DNA of 64,000 bases from Planctomycetota bacterium (GTDB taxonomy: Bacteria > Planctomycetota > SZUA-567 > H5-PLA8): the NCBI GenBank assembly GCA_038227875.1, contig JBBRPR010000040.1:1-64000 (forward strand). Direction: 5' to 3'. Positions within the stretch are counted from its first letter, which is position 1, and each line of letters opens with the position of its first letter. Positions 59,804 to 64,000 of the stretch are shown here, one piece after another. The notes beneath the pieces were generated by a model. It did not search any database. It saw nothing but the letters and a program-made list of their open reading frames with translations, and was not told where the DNA came from. Both the position numbers and the translations under genes were made by a program.

Positions 59804-61552
59804 ATGGACCAGACTCCCTCCTTCAACCGCGTCGCCACCTACGAGGAACTCCGCACCAAAGGCGTTCTCGTCGTCCAGGGAAAGGACCGGCCGGTCGCGG
59901 TCTACGAACACGATGGTGCCGTCTCGGCTGTCGACAACCGTTGCCCGCACCTCGGCTTTCCGCTCCATAAGGGCACGGTCAAGGACGGCATCCTCACCTG
60001 CCACTGGCATCAGGCGCGCTTCGATCTCTGCAGCGGCTGCACCTTCGATCTCTTCGCCGACGACATTCCGTCATACGAAACCAAGGTTGAAAACGGCGTC
60101 GTCTTCGTCGCCAACATGCCGCGCGAACGCGCCGATGAGGCTTACCATCTCCGCCGCCTCCACAAGGGTATGGAACAGAACATCGGCCTGCTCCAAGCCA
60201 AGAGTTTGATCGGCCTGCTGAAGTCTCCGCACGCGTCCATCGACGAAGTGATCAAGGACATCGCGCGTTACGGCACGCAAAACCAGAATGTGCCCGGCGG
60301 CTTCACTGAACTGACGATCGCCGGAAATCTCCGCGGCGTCGCCGCTCAGGAAACGCAGTACTACCTGCTCCTCCGTGCCTCGCAGCAGATCGCCGGCGCG
60401 TCGCGCAATTCCAAGCGCCAGGTCCGCGAACCGCTCAGCGGCAGCGGCAAGGACTATCCCTTCGAGACGCTGAAGCGCTGGCTCTACCAATGGGTGCAGG
60501 GCCGCGATCGCGACGGCGCGGAGCGCGTGCTGCTCACCGCCGTGCAGCAGCACATGCCGCAGGCGCAATTGGCCGAACTGATCTTCGGCGCGATCTCCGA
60601 GCGCGTCTACTGCGACACGGGGCACATTTTCGACTTCGCCAACAAGTGTTTTGAACTGCTCGACCAGATCGGCTGGAACCTCGCGCCGGACATTCTGCCG
60701 CTGGCCGTCAACGGCATCGTCAGCGCGCGCGGGACGGAGGAGAATTCCAACTGGCACTACCCGGTCGAAATCATCGAGCCGCTGCGCGCCATCGAACGCG
60801 ACCTGCCGAAGATTCTGAAAGAAGGGCAGGGAAAGACCTGGAAGCCGGGCACCACATTGAACACCGTGCTCCTCGGCGAAGATCCGCTCGCGATCATCGA
60901 AGCGCTGAAGTCGGCGCTCGCCGCCGGAGCCCCGCCGCTCGAATTGTCCAAGCGCATCTGCTACTCCGCCGCGCTGCGGCTGGCGCGGTTTGCGAAGGCC
61001 AATGAAGTCGGCGACTGGTTCAACCCGCAACACACGTTCATCTACTCCAACGCTGTCCATCAGGCGCTGAAGCGCTCCACCGCCCCGGACGTGGTGCGCG
61101 CGGTCTTCCATGCGGCGCTCTCCGTTTACATGGACCGCTTCCTCAATGTTCCTCCAGCCAAGTTGCCGTCGGAGGGACCGAGTCTAGATGCGCTGCCGAA
61201 GGACGCGAAGGCGCTGCGCGACGAGCTGCTGCAGATACTCAACGCTCAATCGCGCATCGACGAGGCCGCGAAGTACGTCGCGCGGTACGTGCAGCTGAAG
61301 CATCCCATCGATGCGCTGATCGACACGCTGGCGTTGGCGACGGTGCGAGAAGATTTGGATTTTCATACGCTTCAGGTCCTGGAAGCGGGGTATCAACAAT
61401 ATAAGGAATGGGAAGGTCAACCCGAGGCTGAAAACATCCTGGTCGGAGTGATCCGGGATCTCGCCGCTTTTTGTCCCACGCCCCGCGCGCGGCTGCGCAC
61501 CGCAGTGACGGCGTTGAGACTGCACCACGGCGACAGCGTATTCGAAGAGTAA
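59804..61552 (+). CDS. Rieske [2Fe-2S] ferredoxin domain fused to a long helical domain
   Basis: NRCPHLG...TCHWH Rieske ligands; AAGGAG RBS. Confidence 0.88.
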   Translation: MDQTPSFNRVATYEELRTKGVLVVQGKDRPVAVYEHDGAVSAVDNRCPHLGFPLHKGTVKDGILTCHWHQARFDLCSGCTFDLFADDIPSYETKVENGVVFVANMPRERADEAYHLRRLHKGMEQNIGLLQAKSLIGLLKSPHASIDEVIKDIARYGTQNQNVPGGFTELTIAGNLRGVAAQETQYYLLLRASQQIAGASRNSKRQVREPLSGSGKDYPFETLKRWLYQWVQGRDRDGAERVLLTAVQQHMPQAQLAELIFGAISERVYCDTGHIFDFANKCFELLDQIGWNLAPDILPLAVNGIVSARGTEENSNWHYPVEIIEPLRAIERDLPKILKEGQGKTWKPGTTLNTVLLGEDPLAIIEALKSALAAGAPPLELSKRICYSAALRLARFAKANEVGDWFNPQHTFIYSNAVHQALKRSTAPDVVRAVFHAALSVYMDRFLNVPPAKLPSEGPSLDALPKDAKALRDELLQILNAQSRIDEAAKYVARYVQLKHPIDALIDTLALATVREDLDFHTLQVLEAGYQQYKEWEGQPEAENILVGVIRDLAAFCPTPRARLRTAVTALRLHHGDSVFEE

Positions 61553-61567
61553 CACACACGCACGTAT

Positions 61568-61617
61568 CCCACCCGGTTCCCTCACACGCGGCCCTCTCCC
61601 TTTTCCTGGGGAGAGGG
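61568..61617. repeat. family B palindromic element
   Basis: CCCTCTCCC-ttttcct-GGGGAGAGGG. Confidence 0.65.
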
Positions 61618-61687
61618 TCCGCGGGTTGCCGAAGTTCCTTCCATCGCTATACTCGCGCCTCCGCAGCAGACCCGGGCTTTTCGAATC

Positions 61688-62959
61688 ATGAATGGAACGA
61701 AGGACTCACCCACGCATCTGTTCGGCGACGTCGCGACCGAACTGGGCCTGGTCACCGCTCAACACGTCGAACAGGCGCTGCTCACGCAGAAATCGATGCG
61801 CGAAAGAGCCGCGCAGGTTTCCAAATCGCGCGTGGGCGAAGTGCTGATCCTGATGGGCAAGCTCACTGTCGAACAGGTCAAGAACGTCCTCTCGGAGCAG
61901 CGCAAGCTCCGGCAGCTCGACGAAGACCGCAAGCTTCCCGTCGAAACCTTCGGCGACTACAAATTGATCTCCAAGCTCGGCGAAGGCGGCATGGGCGCTG
62001 TCTACAAGGCCGAAGAACCGCTGGCGCATCGCACCGTCGCGCTGAAAGTCCTGCGCCCGGTTCTGGCGAGCAACACCGCGTTCATCGAACGCTTCGACCG
62101 CGAATCGAAAATGGCCGGCTCGCTCTCGCATCCCAACATCGTCGCCTGCCACTCTGCCGGCACCATCCGTGGGATTCAGTACCTGGTGATGGAATTCGTC
62201 GACGGCGAAACGCTCAACGGCCGCATGAAACGCAGCGGCGGCAAGCTCCCCGAAAAGGACGCACTGCGCATCGCCCGCGATGTCGCCCGCGCGCTGGCCC
62301 ATGCGCATCAGTGCGGCATCGTTCACCGCGACATCAAGCCCGACAACATCCTCATCGGCAAAGACGGCACCGTGAAGCTCAGTGACTTCGGCACCGCCAA
62401 ATCGCTCCTGCTGGAAACTGGACTGACCCACACCGGCCAGGTGATCGGCACGCCCAATTACATCTCGCCCGAACAGGTCCGCGCCGACCCCGACATCGAC
62501 GCCCGCGCCGATCTCTATTCGCTCGGCGCCACGCTCTACCACGTCCTGACCGGCCAGCTCCCGTTCCAGGCCGCATCGCGGATGGAAATCATGCGCGCGC
62601 ATTTAAAGCAGCAGTTGGAAAGCCCGCTCGACTTGAATCCCGATCTCTCCGATGGCGCCGTGGCCATCGTGGTCAAGCTGATGGCCAAATCGCGCGAGAA
62701 GCGTTACCAGTCCGCCGCCGACCTGATCGAAGACCTCGACTTCGTCCTTGCCGACGCCGACACCAAGCATTCCGCCATCGACGTCAACGAATCCTGCATC
62801 CGCCCACCCCGCCGCAAGCGCCGCAAGAAGGGCGCTCAGGCAGAGGGGTGTCTGGGGATGATTGTTGTGGTGGTTCTGCTGCTCGCCGCGGTGGTGAACG
62901 GAAGGACTGAGGGCGGAGGACTGCGGACTGAGGTTACGGCGCGTCGCTTCGCTCGTTAA
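61688..62959 (+). CDS. Hanks-type Ser/Thr protein kinase with a C-terminal TM helix
   Basis: LGEGGMGAVY, VALK, HRDIKPDN, DFG, GTPNYISPEQ. Confidence 0.95.
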   Translation: MNGTKDSPTHLFGDVATELGLVTAQHVEQALLTQKSMRERAAQVSKSRVGEVLILMGKLTVEQVKNVLSEQRKLRQLDEDRKLPVETFGDYKLISKLGEGGMGAVYKAEEPLAHRTVALKVLRPVLASNTAFIERFDRESKMAGSLSHPNIVACHSAGTIRGIQYLVMEFVDGETLNGRMKRSGGKLPEKDALRIARDVARALAHAHQCGIVHRDIKPDNILIGKDGTVKLSDFGTAKSLLLETGLTHTGQVIGTPNYISPEQVRADPDIDARADLYSLGATLYHVLTGQLPFQAASRMEIMRAHLKQQLESPLDLNPDLSDGAVAIVVKLMAKSREKRYQSAADLIEDLDFVLADADTKHSAIDVNESCIRPPRRKRRKKGAQAEGCLGMIVVVVLLLAAVVNGRTEGGGLRTEVTARRFAR

Positions 62960-62970
62960 GTTTGCCAAAC

Positions 62971-62998
62971 AAAAACTCCCCGCGAGCGGGGAGTTTTT
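62971..62998. terminator. bidirectional intrinsic terminator
   Basis: AAAAACTCCCCGC-ga-GCGGGGAGTTTTT between convergent genes. Confidence 0.88.
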
Positions 62999-63021
62999 GG
63001 TCCTCAGTCCTCAGCCTTCTG

Positions 63022-64000
63022 TTATTTCCCCGCCTTCTCAATCGCCTCGAGCACCGTGTTGGCAATAATCTGATGCCCCGGAGCGGCCATGTGCGTCTTG
63101 TCATCGACATACAGCCGTTCCTTGTTCTCCTTGCCTTCGCGATGAAAGGCCGTGTAGATGTCGCAGATTCCCGCGTTCTTCGCGGCGGCGGCTTTCTTCA
63201 CTGCGTCGGCCATTTCCGCCATCTCGTCCCAGCGCGATGCCGCCGGCGCGGTCGTGATCAGCAGGACGTCGGCGCTGCCATGCGTGAACCGGCGGATGCG
63301 GTCGACCAGTTCCGCGTTGATCTTCTCGAACTGTGCGCCGCGCACGGCGGAATCCCAATCGTTAAAGCCGTAGCAGACGGTCACCAGGTCCGGCTCGGGC
63401 GCGGGTTTGAGCCACCGCGGGAAAATCACTTCGCCCTGGCGCATGATCGAACCGCCGACGGCCGGGTTGACGATGGTCACTTCGCCTTTGTACTTGGCTT
63501 TGAGCAGATCCTTGAGAATCGTCGGCCAGTTCGTCTGCTTGTTGGCCCAGTGCGCGTAGTCGGTGAGCGAATCGCCCATCGTCACGATGGTGACCGGCTT
63601 GCCGGCCTTCAACTTCGCCAGCACGCGCGCAAGCGGATCGCCGGCCGGTTTGTAATCCTTGGTGTCCAGTTCGATCGTCGGTTCCAGGCGGATGTCATCG
63701 ATGGCGTACGTGTGCGCCGCGTAGTCTTTCCAGAAGAACCATTTGCCAAACCAGATCGGTCCGAGCTTCGACGGCGTGAAGGGTTCGGGTGCGTCATGAG
63801 CGATGACCGAAACCAGATCGCGCCACGGCACCACAACCTTCTTCCACTCCGTGCTGTCGATCGGAAACGCGAGCGTGTAGCGCACCGCGTAGTCTTCGCC
63901 GTAGACGAACTGCAGCCCGCCGAGATGATCGGAGCCGTCGCCTTTCACCCAGAACGAAAACCCGGCCGCCTTGTCCCACTCCGGAGTGGCGCGCGTCTTC
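63022..64000 (-). CDS. CBM11-like + SGNH/GDSL hydrolase (5' end outside the window)
   Basis: frame open to the edge; GFSFWVKGDGS, GDSLT, GFND, DKTH. Confidence 0.85.
   Translation of the reverse strand, partial: KTRATPEWDKAAGFSFWVKGDGSDHLGGLQFVYGEDYAVRYTLAFPIDSTEWKKVVVPWRDLVSVIAHDAPEPFTPSKLGPIWFGKWFFWKDYAAHTYAIDDIRLEPTIELDTKDYKPAGDPLARVLAKLKAGKPVTIVTMGDSLTDYAHWANKQTNWPTILKDLLKAKYKGEVTIVNPAVGGSIMRQGEVIFPRWLKPAPEPDLVTVCYGFNDWDSAVRGAQFEKINAELVDRIRRFTHGSADVLLITTAPAASRWDEMAEMADAVKKAAAAKNAGICDIYTAFHREGKENKERLYVDDKTHMAAPGHQIIANTVLEAIEKAGK

Overview
A 64-kb bacterial chromosomal segment with a high-GC core and several lower-GC accessory patches. It is probably Planctomycetota, inferred from the groL-groS-groL-dnaJ-grpE order, PQQ-type beta-propeller, membrane Ser/Thr kinase and many secreted GH123/DUF4091-like proteins. 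Core genes include ispF, hflX, an enoyl-CoA hydratase, two groEL paralogs, groES, dnaJ, grpE, HtrA-like proteases, two histidine kinases (one with a FixL-like heme-PAS), and GntR and LuxR regulators. A perfect parS palindrome lies at 9841-9856. The main observations are: (1) a low-GC PARIS-like defence pair (ABC ATPase + DUF4435 TOPRIM) in which both genes appear to carry one point lesion, a Walker A G>D change and an in-frame TGA 60 codons before the apparent true end; (2) two independent tandem pairs of a catalytically dead trypsin/HtrA-like pseudoprotease followed by an intact paralog; (3) orphan immunity-like single genes (Tdi1/DUF1851, Imm40, DUF695, DUF4375), each beside palindromic REP-like elements, with a duplicated DUF695 3' end bracketing a 1.9-kb insert; (4) an unannotated 58-aa Zn-ribbon gene; (5) several recurrent non-coding motifs and a 162-nt hairpin upstream of groEL. 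No rRNA, tRNA, CRISPR array, integrase or transposase was recognised. Family names come from motif recognition by eye, not from database searches.
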